Counted from the stretch's first letter, positions 23,899 through 40,580 are shown. The stretch: 64,000 nt of DNA from Eledone cirrhosa (GCA_964016885.1 OZ024763.1:9238001-9302000), one strand, 5' to 3'. Made by a program: numbers and translations. Notes: generated by a model from the sequence alone, not told the origin.

Positions 23899-26065
23899 CA
23901 CCATCATCGTTTAACAGCCATTTTCCACGCTAGCATGGGTTAGATGGGTTGTCCCATTAGAGGCAAGTTGGGTCAGGTGACCATGTCTTGCTCATAAAGA
24001 ACTATTTCTGGCTAGGTTTCTATAGCTGGAAGCCCTCCCTAAAGCCAACGATATTTACAGTGTGGGCTGGGTGCTATTTGTGATATCATCATAACTTTAC
24101 AGTGAAAGTGGACAGAAGTGGTTGGGTGGAGGTATAGTGGTTAAGAAGTGGTTGGGTGAAGGTATAGTGGTTAAGAAGTGGTTGGGTGAAGGTATAGTGG
24201 TTAAGAAGTGGTTGGGTGAAGGTATAGTGGTTAAGAAGTGGTTGGGTGAAGGTATAGTGGTTAAGAAGTGGCTGGGTGAAGGTATAGTGGTTAAGAAGTG
24301 CGTACTAGATGTATGTTTGAGTCCATGTGCACGAGAAGGCGTGTCTTCACTATTACTGCATAATGCCAAAGATCTCAATCATGAGAGATGCAATTGCACA
24401 AGGTCAGCTTTTATCACCTCATCCGTGATCTTCCTACTTTATAGCTTCCATCAATTTTGATTGCACTTCACCTTTTTATAGAGCTGTCGTCCTTCATATT
24501 CATCACATGACCACACCAACACAATCTCCTCTCTAGCATTATACATCTGATCCCTCTTGTAACTAATTTCTCCCTCAGTTCATTTACACATCCACCAAAT
24601 CATGCATGCTTCATTTCTTTCCAATCTTCTCAGGTCCTCTGCACACAGTGCCCAGGTTTCACTACCATGTAACATTGATGTTTGTATACATGCATTGTAC
24701 AATCTGACCTTCATTTTAAGGGAAAAACCTTTTGTAGCTAGCAGCAGTAGTAGCTCTCTAAACTTTCTCTATCCCATTCTTACTCTAGCTACTGTACCTT
24801 CGGAACACCCTCCACCACTGCTGATTTCATCACCCAGGAAATGGAAAATATTGACTATTTCTATAGAACCATCTGGGCATTTGAAGGAGCTAGTATTCTG
24901 GGTGCACTTGCTATTTACTTGCACCTGAGCATCGGCTACATTCAAAACCTACGTTCTTTGATAGCCTGTCTGTGATCCCACTACATCCTTTAAGTACCCA
25001 TAGCTTGCATTTGGGACATAGAATGGAACTTCTACTTACTCTTTTCCTGCACACTGAGAAAAGCTATTTCCCAGAGGGAATGTAGGCTGTTTTCCGTTCT
25101 ACAAACTAGAACTTTAGTCTTTGACAAGTTAACTTTAAGATCTTTTGATTCTAGGCCATAGATTCAGCTATGAGAGTTAGATCATCTGCATACTGGGCAA
25201 CCAGTCTTAAACACTTCTGGTATAGCCTGTAGGGTAATAATAAATAGGAGTGGGGTAAGGACAGAGCCCTGATGAACACCTACCTGTATGCTAAATTCTT
25301 CACTATAGTCATTGTTAATTCTAACCGTGTTGACTGTTCCTTTATACACGGCTTGTACAGCTTTCACAAGCCACTCGTCTACTCCTAGTTTTCTAAGAGC
25401 CCAACAAATAATGAAACAGGGGACTCTTTCAAAGGCTTTCTCCAAGTCAACAAAAGCTTAGTAGAGGGGTCTACTTTTAGCAAGGTACTTCTCCTGCAGT
25501 TACCTCATGAGGAAGAGAGCATCCGTAGTATTTTTATCTGGCACAAACCCAAACTGTATTTCATCAAGGTTAATTCAGCCTCTAATTATTTGTGACCTTC
25601 ATGACCTGGTCAACCAACTTAATGCTTCTATAGTTTTCTCTGTCTAGAGCATCTCCTTTACCCTTGTAGCAGTTGATGAAGATGTAGCTACGCCAGTCAT
25701 TGGCTATGACCCCATTTTGTATTACTTTGTTTACTATACAGGTAACTATGGTGTGACCCACTATCTCAAACACTTTCAACATCTCAGCAGCTGTCCCCTG
25801 CCAACTGCCTTACCTATCTTCATATCTTTCATTGCCTTACTTACTACACTACTACTAGCTTGTTCGGTTGGTCCCTCTGTTGGGTCAAATTGGTGCAAAC
25901 TATCTTCATCCCATTCATTCTCCTCATTTAACAGTCTTTCAAAGTGGCACTTTCATGCTACCTTCTTTTCAGCATCAGTGAGGGCAAGTACTCCATTATC
26001 ATTGTGGACACACTTCTCCCCAACAATATCACAATTTTCCTTGACACATTGTCTCGCAATCCTGA
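23899..26065 (-). mobile_element. degraded RTE-clade LINE
   Basis: CYKGKGDALDRENYRSIKL, LEKAF, GVHQGSVL, LYNACI..LHGSETW; tail at 23899-24090. Confidence 0.9.
24114..24300. repeat. 30-bp minisatellite x6 inside the LINE 3' region
   Basis: agaagtggttgggtgaaggtatagtggtta repeated. Confidence 0.95.
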
Positions 26066-26173
26066 ACACATATAAACTTAATAAAATTAACAAAGAGAGG
26101 ACAAAACAACGAATGGAAACAAAACAAAACAAAAAACAATTTTTTAAGAGAAAACCTTAAAAAATAAACATAC

Positions 26174-26292
26174 AAATGAAGGACACAGAACTCTATGGTC
26201 ATCGGCCGTTGAGATGGACTTTGGTAATTTCGACCCTTACCAACAGTACTGCTGGTCCATCCGGGGTCACAGCGTCTGACATAAGTCAAACG
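26174..26292 (-). CDS. candidate non-canonical upstream exon of the SHP2-like gene
   Basis: tgttttgtctcttccactggacag|RLTYVRRCDPGWTSSTVGKGRNYQSPSQRPMTIEFCVLH+TT|gtatgt; CpG-containing unique island; phase-2 end joins exon 23757 in frame; internal ATG (MTIEF). Confidence 0.45.
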
Positions 26293-27124
26293 CTGTCCAG
26301 TGGAAGAGACAAAACATTAATTTATAGCAATTAAGCTACAAAATACAGAATTTTGTGACACCAGGGAAAAAGTGTGGTGCCTCTAATAGCATGGAATATA
26401 TGAATGTAACAAAGGAAAAAAGGAAGAAAAAAGTAATATATATGAAAATTAAAAGAACATGAGAACAATACTGAAATTCCAGCATTAATCCATGCCACCC
26501 TCTAAAACAGGAGTAACATTGTAACTAAATCAGTACTAGGATTAAAGTCTTTCTATAGCTTTATCACTCTATCACATACTTCCTTGTACCAAGCAAAAAC
26601 CTATCTGTCCAGGCAGTAGTGAGTGTATGTGTATAGTGCATGTGCATATGTGTTTGTGTATATAAGTATATGTGAGTGTGTGTAGGTATGCAAGAAGGTG
26701 ACCCCTTACCTTTTAGGGAGGGTTCTCTCCTTTTCTTTCTCTCTCTCTATATATATACATCAATCATACACACACACACACATACATCACACACAAGGTT
26801 TTTGTCCCCCCACCTCATCCAAATCCAGTTATCCAAGCATGAGCCCTTAATACACCTATCACTGCTGTCACCACCACAACACCAGTCACCGTTATCACAA
26901 CACCATCACCATTACCACCACAACAACAACACCAATCACCATTTTCACTACCACCACCATAACTTTAAAGTTTGTTAATATAGTAGAACAGGAAATAGCT
27001 AAACACAATACACATACATACATACTATACACAACACTCACACAAAATACAGACACAACATACACATGCATAGCCATCTTGTAACATTGTTAGAGAAAAG
27101 ATATGGTTAGTTGTTAATGGTAAC

Positions 27125-27322
27125 CACACCACACAACACTTCCATTAACAACATCTCCCTTAATTATACAACACTGCCATTAACAACATAACACCTTCAC
27201 CAACCATACAACACCTCCATTAATTACACAACACTGCCATTAACAACATAACACCTTCACCAACCATACAACACCTCCATTAATTACACAGCACTGCCAT
27301 TAACTACACAAACCTTCACCCT
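27125..27322. repeat. 60-bp tandem repeat, ~3 copies
   Basis: acacctccattaattacacaacactgccattaacaacataacaccttcaccaaccataca. Confidence 0.8.
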
Positions 27323-27434
27323 TTGTTACTATATTTCTAATGGAAGAATTTTGATACAATATTTGGAACATAACTTAACAAAAGTTCTAACAAAATCATG
27401 CTGAGAGATTTTTAGATAAATTTAAACCCTTTAA

Positions 27435-27655
27435 CCCTTTAGCATTTACATTACTCTATATTTACTATTATATTTTCATGGCAAAGGCTTTACTTCATAT
27501 ACTTATCTCACATAATATCAAATTTATGAGATTTTGATATTATTTATTTTGAGAAGAATACTTTAACATAAGTATGAACAGCCAGTTATGGCCAGTTTGA
27601 ACAGAAAGAGGTGAGAGAATTCTGGCCAGATATAGCCGGTTTAAATGCTAAAGGG
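27435..27655. mobile_element. piggyBac-type MITE
   Basis: TTAA|CCCTTTAGCATTTA...TAAATGCTAAAGGG|TTAA. Confidence 0.8.
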
Positions 27656-27915
27656 TTAATCTTCTCGTTATCATATTTCTAATGAAAAACATTGCCTATG
27701 ATTTTGAAGACAATCAAGATTTTGGAGGGATTTAATAATATAACTAACTTTCTCATTATTATGCTGGGGTTTGGAACATAACTTAAATGTTCTTACATAA
27801 AATTGGACACTTTAAAGCACAAAGTTTTATATAATAGAACCAGAGATGGTTTCAGCCAATTTGGTACTGATCTATGAAAATACAGTATATGAAATGATAA
27901 ATACTGTCATTTTAA

Positions 27916-28123
27916 CCCTTTAGCATTTACATTACTCTATATTTAATATTGTATTTTCACAATAAACACTATTTCACATTATTATCTCACATAATATTGA
28001 ATCTATGAGATTTTGATATTATTTATTTTGAGAACAATATCTTGACATAAGCATGAGCAGCCAGTTGCAGCCAGTTTGAACAGAAAGAGGTGAGAGAATT
28101 CTGGCTGTTTAAATGCTAAAGGG
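27916..28123. mobile_element. second copy of the piggyBac-type MITE
   Basis: TTAA|CCCTTTAGCATTTA...TAAATGCTAAAGGG|ATAA; colinear with 27435-27655. Confidence 0.78.
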
Positions 28124-28279
28124 ATAACAAGGTTTTGAAGTCTGATGTGAGATAAAGCTGTATTTTATTACTCCTATTCTTTATCATAACTGATGGTAAA
28201 TGTGATGAGAGATTGGAGGCTAAAATGTTTAGCTATTGAACAAAAATACTATAGGATCTGAGTGCCATGACAACAACCT

Positions 28280-28635
28280 CCCTAGTGCTGGTGTCATGAC
28301 AAAATGCACTCAGTACATCCTGGAAAATGGTAGTGCTGGTGCCAAAATAAAATGCACTCAGTACACCCTGGAAAATGGCAGTGCTGGTTCCATGATAAAA
28401 TGTAACCAATCCATCCAGTAAATTTTTAGGATTGGTGCCACAATAAAATGGGCTTAGTATATACTGTAGACTGGTAGTGCTGGTGCCACAATAAAATGTG
28501 CCTAGTAGAGCTGGTGCCATGATAAAATGCACTCAATGCATCCTGTAAAGTGTTAGTGTTGGCACCATGATAAAATGTACCCAGTACATTCCGTAAAGTG
28601 TTAGTTAGTACTGGTGTGATGACAAAATACACCTG
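28280..28635 (+). repeat. degenerate ~48-bp tandem array derived from a LINE/SINE tail segment
   Basis: tagtgctggtgccatgataaaatgcacccagtacacyctgtaaagtg repeated about 7 times, ending in a (GAT)n tail at 28671-28692. Confidence 0.75.
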
Positions 28636-29106
28636 GTCAGCTAATCTATGGCAGTGTGGAAAGCAGATGTATGATGATGATGATGATGATGACAGGGTTG
28701 TGCAAATCACCTTCAATAGGTTTCATGTTCGCTCTCTGCAATCAAGACTTCGATTTTGTTGATGACAAAGATTAGTTTATCAACGCACACTCACTCACAC
28801 TAGTCAGATAAAATCAGACAAACTCAGTGGCTATAATAAATCTTATCAGAGAAATACTAGGCTATGTTAACCCTTCAAATACCAAACTATGAAACCACAC
28901 TTGCTTTCATGATACAACTCTTTGTTTTAAAGTGTTTATATTTATTTAAAAACCTTCCTTAATAACCCTGTTGATACCAAACCACCTAAAACTATCTCAT
29001 TCTATGTTACAAAATTGTTTTATTGCCAAGTGTTTATATTTATTTAAAAACCTTTCATTATAATTCAAACTAAAAACCTTTATAAAGTTATGTTTCAAAC
29101 ATCAAC

Positions 29107-29445
29107 TTCTTTATTCTTTTACTGGTTTCAGACTGTGGCCATGCTGGGGCACCACCTTCTTTTATTCTTTTACTGGTTTCAGTCATTGGACAGCAACCAT
29201 ACTTGGGCATTACCTTATGTGAAAGAATAAAAAACTAAAAGTATTGGGGTTGATATGATTGTTAAAATTAAGGTGGTACCCCAGCATGACTACAATCCAA
29301 TGGCTGAAACAAATAAAACAAAAAAGTGTGAAGGCAGTGTTCCAGTATGGCCACAGTCTAATGACTGAAACCTATAAAAGAATAAGTGAGAAGCCAGGGC
29401 TCCAGTATGGCCACAGTCCAATGATTGAAACTAGTAAAAGGGTAT
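29107..29445. repeat. inverted cluster of short SINE-tail units (2 minus + 3 plus)
   Basis: ttcttttactggtttcag...ggccatgctggggcaccacctt versus aaggtggtaccccagcatgac...gctgaaac...taaaag. Confidence 0.7.
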
Positions 29446-29677
29446 GAGAAAGAGTTCTGTCTGGTCTCGATATTCCATCCATCTCTTATGATTTTATAAA
29501 TCTATTTACTGCAACAGCTACTACTGCTAGCTAGAATACACACCACCAAGAATTCATTTGCCAAAAGTTCCAAGAACAAGAAAATCAATCAATCAGACTG
29601 GAAAGTTTTACAACCATTTGGCATTTGTACAAGACAACGAATCGGCAGAGCTGTCAGTATATATTCTGGGATCTATA

Positions 29678-29833
29678 TCATCATTTTATGTCCACTTTTC
29701 CCTGCTTGCAAGGGTGGGACGGGAACTGATTCTGGCTTGATTTCTACAGCTGGATGCCCTTCCTAACACCAACCTCATTTACAGTGAGTGCTGGGTGCTT
29801 TTTTTTCCGTGGTGCCTACACGTCCACTTTACA
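29678..29833 (-). mobile_element. SINE 3' half running into the assembly gap (same family as 63147-63482)
   Basis: cctgcttgcaagggtgggacgggaactgat...ccaacctcatttacagtgagtgctggg. Confidence 0.8.
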
Positions 29834-30033
29834 NNNNNNNNNNNNNNNNNNNNNNNNNNNNNNNNNNNNNNNNNNNNNNNNNNNNNNNNNNNNNNNNNNN
29901 NNNNNNNNNNNNNNNNNNNNNNNNNNNNNNNNNNNNNNNNNNNNNNNNNNNNNNNNNNNNNNNNNNNNNNNNNNNNNNNNNNNNNNNNNNNNNNNNNNNN
30001 NNNNNNNNNNNNNNNNNNNNNNNNNNNNNNNNN
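29834..30033. other. assembly gap (200 N)
   Basis: Run of N. Confidence 1.
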
Positions 30034-32992
<2,959 letters not shown>

Positions 32993-33770
32993 CTAGCAGT
33001 AAAGCCCGGCGTTGCTCGGGGTCGCTCAGTAGCTGTGTTAAAGTTACAATGTTAAGTTTCTTTCTTGCAGACTTGCATGTGGTGTTTTTGATTAATATTC
33101 CCTCAACCAACAATATGCCTTATGAAGTTAAGAAAACATAACGATAACCCGAATGTTATAACAAAAGAGGATGCTGGGGATAGAAACTGCACTGGTTATT
33201 TATTAACAAAGATCGAAAATGTAAACACTGCAACGCAGAGAATAACATTAGCGTAACCAAATTATCAGTTATGTCTGTCTGCACGCCTATATCACCTCTC
33301 TGCACGACTGTCTGTCGGCACGCCTATATCACCTCTCTGCACGACTGTCTGTCTGCACGCCTAACGACGAAATATTTGCTTGTTTTACGTAGTCTTTAAA
33401 TAGACTTGTTTTCAAGTAAAAATATTGTTTTAAAATGCTTTTAAATGGAAATGAAGCAAAACGGAAGCTTCGTGTATTGTGTTAATGTCATTTTAAACGC
33501 TGAGAAAGCCAGCGTAATTTTTTACGTAAGACGCTCAATGTAAACAGAACAAAGGGAAATAACTGATAACTTACGCTCAAAAATCGATACATTATATTCG
33601 ATTTCGTCACATAGGGTGGGTCAATTTGAAATTTTTTTTTTTCCGATGTCTTCGCTAGGGCTCAATGTACAAGTATAGCAATTTCGGTGCAATTCCGTGA
33701 GAGATTCTAAGAGGAGATGTGTGCCAAAAATCGATAGACAGACAGACAACCACAGTTTTATATATATAGA
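32993..33770 (-). mobile_element. complete non-autonomous Helitron (778 bp) inserted in (TA)n
   Basis: Minus strand A|TCtatatatataaaactg... cccgagc-aac-gccggg hairpin ...CTAG|T; no TSD; internal 37-bp tandem at 33274-33362. Confidence 0.88.
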
Positions 33771-33830
33771 TATATATATATTATAGATATATATATATTA
33801 TATATATATATATTATATATAGATATATAT

Positions 33831-33864
<34 letters not shown>

Positions 33865-33936
33865 ATATTATATATATATATATTATATATATATATTATA
33901 TATATATATATATATATTATATATATTTATATAATC

Positions 33937-34213
33937 TGATGTGTTGTTTCCTTGAGCAAGACACTTTTTTTCACATTGCTCCAGTTTACTCAGCTGTAGA
34001 AATGAGATGATAGGGACTGGGGTCCTTATCATTCCACTGCAAAGTGGTCGTGGAGGTGCCATGGCAAAAAAGCACCCCGCACTCACTGTAAATGAGGTTG
34101 GTGTTAAGAAGGGCCTCCAGCTGTAGAAATCAAGCCATCATCAGTTCCCGTCCCACCCTTGCAAGCAGGGAAAAGCGGACGTAAAATGAAATGATGATGA
34201 TGATGATGATGAT
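33937..34213 (+). mobile_element. 5'-truncated SINE with RTE-type tail
   Basis: gtgttgtttccttgagcaagacac core...gtcccacccttgcaagcagggaaaagcggacgtaaaatga(tga)n. Confidence 0.85.
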
Positions 34214-34751
34214 ATACTCTTTTACTCTTTTACCTGTTTCAGCCATCCGGCTGAGGCCATGCTGGGGCACCGCCCTTGATATATATATATATTATATATA
34301 TATATTACCTCCCTTGCAAAGCAACCACGTGAGGTAGTAGCTTCACTAAAGCTTCACTTGAAAGGCAGTTGAGAACAAAAACCTGTTGACAAAGTGACTA
34401 CCTTGTTCGATCTTTATACCTAAAAGCTTACAATGAAAACAGACAGTATACTTGATTTAGGAGTCACAGAAACCTCCCATTGGATTTTACCACCACTTGC
34501 TGGGAAGGTCCAGGTAATTATTTGTTAACCTGTTTAGCTTGTTTATTTTTTTCGGCTCCCATGGCTTGTGACTTCACAACCACTGTTTGCAATTTTGTCT
34601 GGCCTTTATAACACATGTTAATTGCTCTGGCTTCTTCCTAGTCCATTGAGCGCTTGCCTGCATATCTCGAAGATTGCGTTTTGTTTTGTTTTGGCCACCG
34701 CCGAAATACGATCTTGCTGAAATTATATTTGTGTATATATATATATATATA

Positions 34752-36326
34752 TTCCAAAAATACATAAATATATTAGAATCTTTAGCCGACACACAATCAA
34801 ACTTTCCTACTCAACAACTAAAAATATTGCCCAAAATATAGCTAAAATTAACCATAGAAATCTTGGAACTAATCATAGGGAGTTAACTCATAATGATAAT
34901 CTTGGAATCACTAATAGAATAAATAACACCTCAATTAGCAACGATTACACCAGCAACATAGATGATGAAAACCTAACGTGGCATCATTGAATAGTAACGT
35001 AAGTAATTGTAAAAAAAGTAATTTTTGACCCCGCTAAATATTAACTGTTTTGATTGTAATTTAGTTTATAAATGTATAGTTAAAACAAAAGATAAGTCCT
35101 ATAATTATATTGGTGCCACCTCTTCAAAATTTAAGGAAAGATAGTTAACCATCGCCACTCATTTAAAAGAGAAGATACAAGATTTAGTATGGCCCTGTCT
35201 GAATTGATTTGGTCACTTAAAAATAATATCTTGGCAAAAACTCTCTAATGCTTTGCCTTATAAAAATGCTTCCGTATCTAAAGGATGTGACCTCTGTACC
35301 ACAGAAATTCTACATATTTATAATAGGCAATTAATTCTTAATAAACACTCTGAACTCTTTAGTTCTTGTCTTCACAGTTTCATAGAGTTTTTAGTTAAAC
35401 TTAATAAAAAATTAAATAATTAATATTCCTTTATATATAATTTTTAAGCAATTTCATTATGTTTAAATAGAAAATAAAAACGAATGGATAAAATAAGTAA
35501 ACTAATATTTTTTCGTTATAACTTTTTTATCTACCTTATCTTTAGTAAGTATATATATTAAATTACATTTAATATAAATTGATAAACTAGGCTATAATAC
35601 ATACATCTTTTCTTATAATAATAGTTACGCCAATAGTTAATATTTTCCTCTATTTGTATAATACCTACTTAAATATAATTGTTGAAAGGATAAATTAGGC
35701 CATGGTAATTTGCATGGTAATTTTGAACTAAATAATTTATCTCATAGCATTCTAACCAAATCATTTATATGAAAAAAAGCCATACCAATTGTTAAATATC
35801 TTTCCACTCACATAATACCAATTTAAATTATATATAAACATAGACAATTTACCTTTGAATTTTATAATCCTAATTTTTCTTATTTATTATTTAGTTACAA
35901 TATGATTCTTCCGTCCTAGAATTTTTTTTTCTTTGATATAATATATATATTTTTTGGTATAGTATCTATTTTAAGCTAATATAAGTAACATATAAACTGA
36001 CTAACGGCCTACATTTAATTATTTTTTTTACCAATTTAATTACGTCATATTTTAAATAATTTCAAAAACATTAAGTCCAACTATATTTTTCTCCCACTCA
36101 CGTAACATCTTGTGTGTTAGGATTTTTTTCTAATCATATGCTAGATTGTCATCGATCTGTCCAGTTCGTTTGACCACCAGTATATCAAAAGAATCCTGCA
36201 TCTCCTATGCATCTTGTCTGATGAGAACATATTTTGGATTATGTTACACATAAGCCTTGCATCTTCGAAATACATATAATAAAATAAATAGAGATGATCT
36301 AAAGTAACTATCTTTCATTTATTATT
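34752..36326 (+). mobile_element. degraded Penelope-like element 3' part (second subfamily)
   Basis: HTIKLSYSTT, YKCIVKTKDKSYNYIGATSSKFKER, GCDLCTTE; flanked by (TA)n at both ends. Confidence 0.8.
36211..36285 (+). ncRNA. hammerhead ribozyme motif at the 3' end of the Penelope remnant
   Basis: atcttgt-CTGATGA-gaa...ttc-GAAA-tacata-TA-ataaaat; stem I and loop III imperfect. Confidence 0.6.
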
Positions 36327-36341
36327 ATATATATATATATA

Positions 36342-36968
36342 GTTCAAGGAGACAACAAATAGAGGCACAAAAAGTCTTAGTTTCACGCTATATGTGGAAA
36401 AAAGGGAAAAAAAGTTCGACATGTCGGACTTGAAACATTCTTCAAAATAGAGACAGGATCACTAAGGAGAAACAGAAATAAAGGAGGTCCAAGTAAAAAA
36501 GAAAAAATCGAAAATTAAGAGTAGTACACATATTCAAACTTACACTCACTCACATATACCACACAGATAACACACTATCTTTGATACTTTATACAATATA
36601 CTTTTAAAAAAAAAACATGTTTAAACCTACACTTACCCTCACACATATCAACACTAATACACACACTTCACTTTGCATTCCATCTCATTATGAAGACTAC
36701 CTAATGGTTTGTCTTGTTTACACACGTAATTTTCGATTTACTTGGACCTACTTTATTTCAGTTTCTCCTTTGTGATCCTGTCTCTATTTTGTTGTGATCC
36801 TGTTTCTATTTTGTTGTGATCCTGTCTCTATTTTGTTGTGACCCAGTCTCTTTTTGTACTCCTGAAGAAGGACTTAAGCCATACACATCAAACTTTCTTT
36901 CCTCTTTTCCAACATAAAATGTGAAACTAATAAGACTTTTTGTATCTCTGTTTGTTGTCTCCTTGAAC
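36342..36968. repeat. imperfect inverted repeat (36342-36517 vs 36727-36968) with an internal 22-bp tandem
   Basis: gttcaaggagacaacaaa...aatcgaaaatta mirrored by taattttcgatt...tttgttgtctccttgaac; ttgtgatcctgtctctattttg x4. Confidence 0.8.
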
Positions 36969-37479
36969 CATATCTTCCACGCTTATGCGGCAATCTTTGT
37001 ATTTCAAACCAGGATATTTACCTACACCTTGTGACTGATTTATTTAACCATCCTGTCCAGCCAGCAGATTACCCACAGACCTCGAATATTTGGATATATA
37101 TATATATAAAGTAGTACTGGTGCCACAATTAAATGCACCCAGACAACACTGTCAAGTGGTAGTGCTGGTGCCATGATAAAACCCATCCAATACACATAGT
37201 AAAGTGGTTAGTATTAGGAAGGGCATCCAGTCATAGAAGCCATGGCAGAAAGGAATGCAATCATTTGATCTGTCTTGCCTCAGAATAACAAACTGTCTAA
37301 CCCATGCAAGCATGGAAAATAGACGTAAAATAGTGATGATGATGGTGATAATGTGTTTGTGTGTGCATTAATTATCAACAAATATTCATACAAGAAAACA
37401 TGACTTGAACTAACTGTTTTCTTTCTCAATGTGATTTTTTAAATCTTATCTAAAATTACTTCAATATCTGTTATATTAA

Positions 37480-37890
37480 TTTTCTTCTATGTCCATATAT
37501 TCCTGGGAGCATCATGGGAGAAGAGTCCTCAGACATGCCTTCTGTGGCTCTTGTCATAAGCAACTGTCTCCATTTAATCTAGCTGGATCCTCAAGCAAGA
37601 CCAACCAAGTTCATGTATGTTATCTAACCATTTTGCTTGGGGTCTATCCCTGGGTCTTCTGCTGGTTCGTTTTGCCCATAAAATCTGTGCAGCGATTCTT
37701 TCTTGAGACATTCTAACCAGAGCTGTGATCTCTCAATTCGGAGAAGTAGCGGCTCTAGCTGCTGCAACTCCTTGATCTCTGAGCTCCACATTCTATTGTG
37801 TAACATTACTCCAAAGACCTTTCGAGGAACACCATTTTAGTTGCTTGTATTCATGATTGTATTCTTTTGGTCAGTACCAAAGATTCATGA
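37480..37890 (-). mobile_element. degraded LINE 3' fragment
   Basis: ELQQLEPLLLRIERSQL, GRPRTKW-like remnant. Confidence 0.6.
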
Positions 37891-40580
37891 TCTGGGTTGG
37901 CATAAGCACTAAATTAAAGATTGCAGGAACTGGTTCAGTAATGCGCCATCTTCAGCACTCAATCGTCAGAAAGTTATATTAATATGTTAATAACAGAAAG
38001 AAAAAAAAATGAGGAGCCTATTGTCAGAGTAAACCAAGGAAACTATGTTTTCATTGGTTTTTCCATTTCCAGCCAGAAGGAAACAGGATTTAAACACAAT
38101 GCACATGGTCAGATTAGGTACTACAAAAACATGCCACTACTAGACTGATCTAGACAATAAAATGAAGGTCAGACATTCCTGGACTGGAAATGAACATCTG
38201 TCAAAGAGGTATCAAAGCTAGAGATGTTCAGGATCTAATCAATGTAATGAGTAATAGACCAATGTGGAGATCTATTATTGAGTCTAGCTTGACTGAAGCC
38301 ACAGGAATTGAGGGTGGTGATAGGAGCACTAGAATTCATATTTTATCTCATTCTATTCTATTTTTTCTAAATTTCTGAATTGGCAGAGTTGTTAGTACTT
38401 CAGATTTGGTAATTGTTCCAGTTCTCCATGTGCTGTTCTCTGAGTTCAAATCCCATCAAGGTCAATTTTATCTTTGATCCTTTTAGGGGTTGATAAATAT
38501 AGTGACCTCTTTGACTTTTGAGAGAGATTGGTTTTCAATCCACTTAAGTCTGTCACTCACTGCATTGCCTAGATCCCAGACATAAATACTAGAGTCTCTG
38601 GCTATGCCATCTGGATAGAAGAGCTTGTAACCTCTTTGACTTTTGATAGCTGTTGGGTTTTCAAAACACTAAATCAGAAACAGCTTCAATTGAGGTATGA
38701 TGGTAATGACCTGCAAATCTCACACTCCTCTTTCGCACAATATCAGAAATGTGAGAGAGATCATTGGAATTTTCTTTAAGAGCCACTCACAAGTGGCTCT
38801 TAAAGAAATAGTCAAATGATCTTTATCATCACCATTTAATGTCTATTTTCTATGCTTGCATGGGTTAGACAAGCTGTCAGATACTAAGGCTAGACAGGTC
38901 AGATGGTTATGTCTTGCTCATATGTTCTGTTTGGGGCTTGATTTTCTATGTCTATGGCAACCATTCATATACTGGGAACATTTTACCATGACTCCAGCAT
39001 TTTATAAGATAGTCAAATGCATTAAATTACCATTGGAGACTTCTTTTTCTGTCTCCGAGGGTAATTTGCCTGACTTGCTAATATATGAATTGTGGCAACT
39101 TTTCATAGAAAGGAACAAAAACTTGGGTTTGTATGAAGTGGTGGTATGGGAGAATGAGGAGTTGTGATAATTCTGCAGAGATACTTGGCTTTATTATATG
39201 GACATAACATCTTCAGTTTTAGTACACTAAGAGAAATTTGTCAAACAAAGGGTCAAGAGAACTGTTAAATTGTATCAATGGCACAACCACTTTTACTAAA
39301 AAAGGGCACAACAATCTCTCTAGTGTTGGCGACACGGTAAACACACCTAGTTCACCTTGTAAGGTGGATGGTGATAGGAAGGGCATCCAGTCATAGAAAA
39401 CTTAAACAAAGGGTCAAAAGGACTCTTCTGTTGTGCCAAGTGCTTAACAACCACCCTAGCATTGTGCTACAATAAAATGACTCAATGTAGTCTGTTAAAA
39501 TGGATGGTTTTGCTTCATATAACCAAGTTAGTATCCAAAGGGTTAAGAGATAAACATTTCAAGTGTCTTTGTGTCAATTCTAACATACGGAGCATCAGAC
39601 TTTCATTCAGCAGGGGTGGGATGGATGGGTGGTGAAGAGTAATTTGTTGTAGGAAAAAAGGGTAGATTGTTTTGAGAAGTGGAAAAAATCAAGAGGAATA
39701 AAAAAATTTGGCTTTGTTTCATACTGTCAACTGTAACTTATGGATCCACAGACTCTTTCTTTCTCTCAGTAGGAGTGGATGAGAGGAAATGAGCCAATCA
39801 TCAGATAAGAACAAGGAAGCAATGTTTCCATTGGTCTTTTTCATTGCTGATACTATCTCACAAATCCTGGCAGAAGAAAGAAGTTGATCATCAAATCAGA
39901 CCAAGGAAATAATGTTTCTATTGGTCTTTCCATTGTTGATACTATCTGCCAGTTCCAACTCCTGGAAAAAGGTGGTGTGATTTGAACTCAGAATGTATAG
40001 AGCTGGATCAGATGAGATGCCAAACAGCATCCCATCCAATGTATTAACAATTCCACCATGTACCATCCCTGGACTTGCATTGGTACTTTAATTATTGACA
40101 TCATGAAGAAATAGCCTCAGATCTGGTGTTATAGCATGTAATATATGGACAGAGACACAAGGTCAGTGTGTGAGACATCTGGAAGAAATAGCCTCACATC
40201 TGGTGTTGTGGTAATTAATATATGGACAGAGACACAAGGTCAGTGTGTAAAACATCGAAAACTGTATCAGAAATACAAATAATGATGCTGAAATGAGACA
40301 TTTAGTATGACTTCCGTCTCCTTGGGTCAATCAGATCAATTGAGATGAGATGAGAAATAGGAAAGATGTTTTGAGAAATGGGAAAAGAGAAGGTTGAAGG
40401 TTTTTGGTTCATAGCAGAAATGACAAATATATATATATATATATACGCAGAGGTTATATTCAATTTGTTGGGATTCAACAACCTTAAACATTTTTATAAC
40501 TGATATAAAGCACTCAACAAGTTAGTGGAGTAAATACACAATATATTAATAAATGGAAACTATATTTATAAAACCATATT

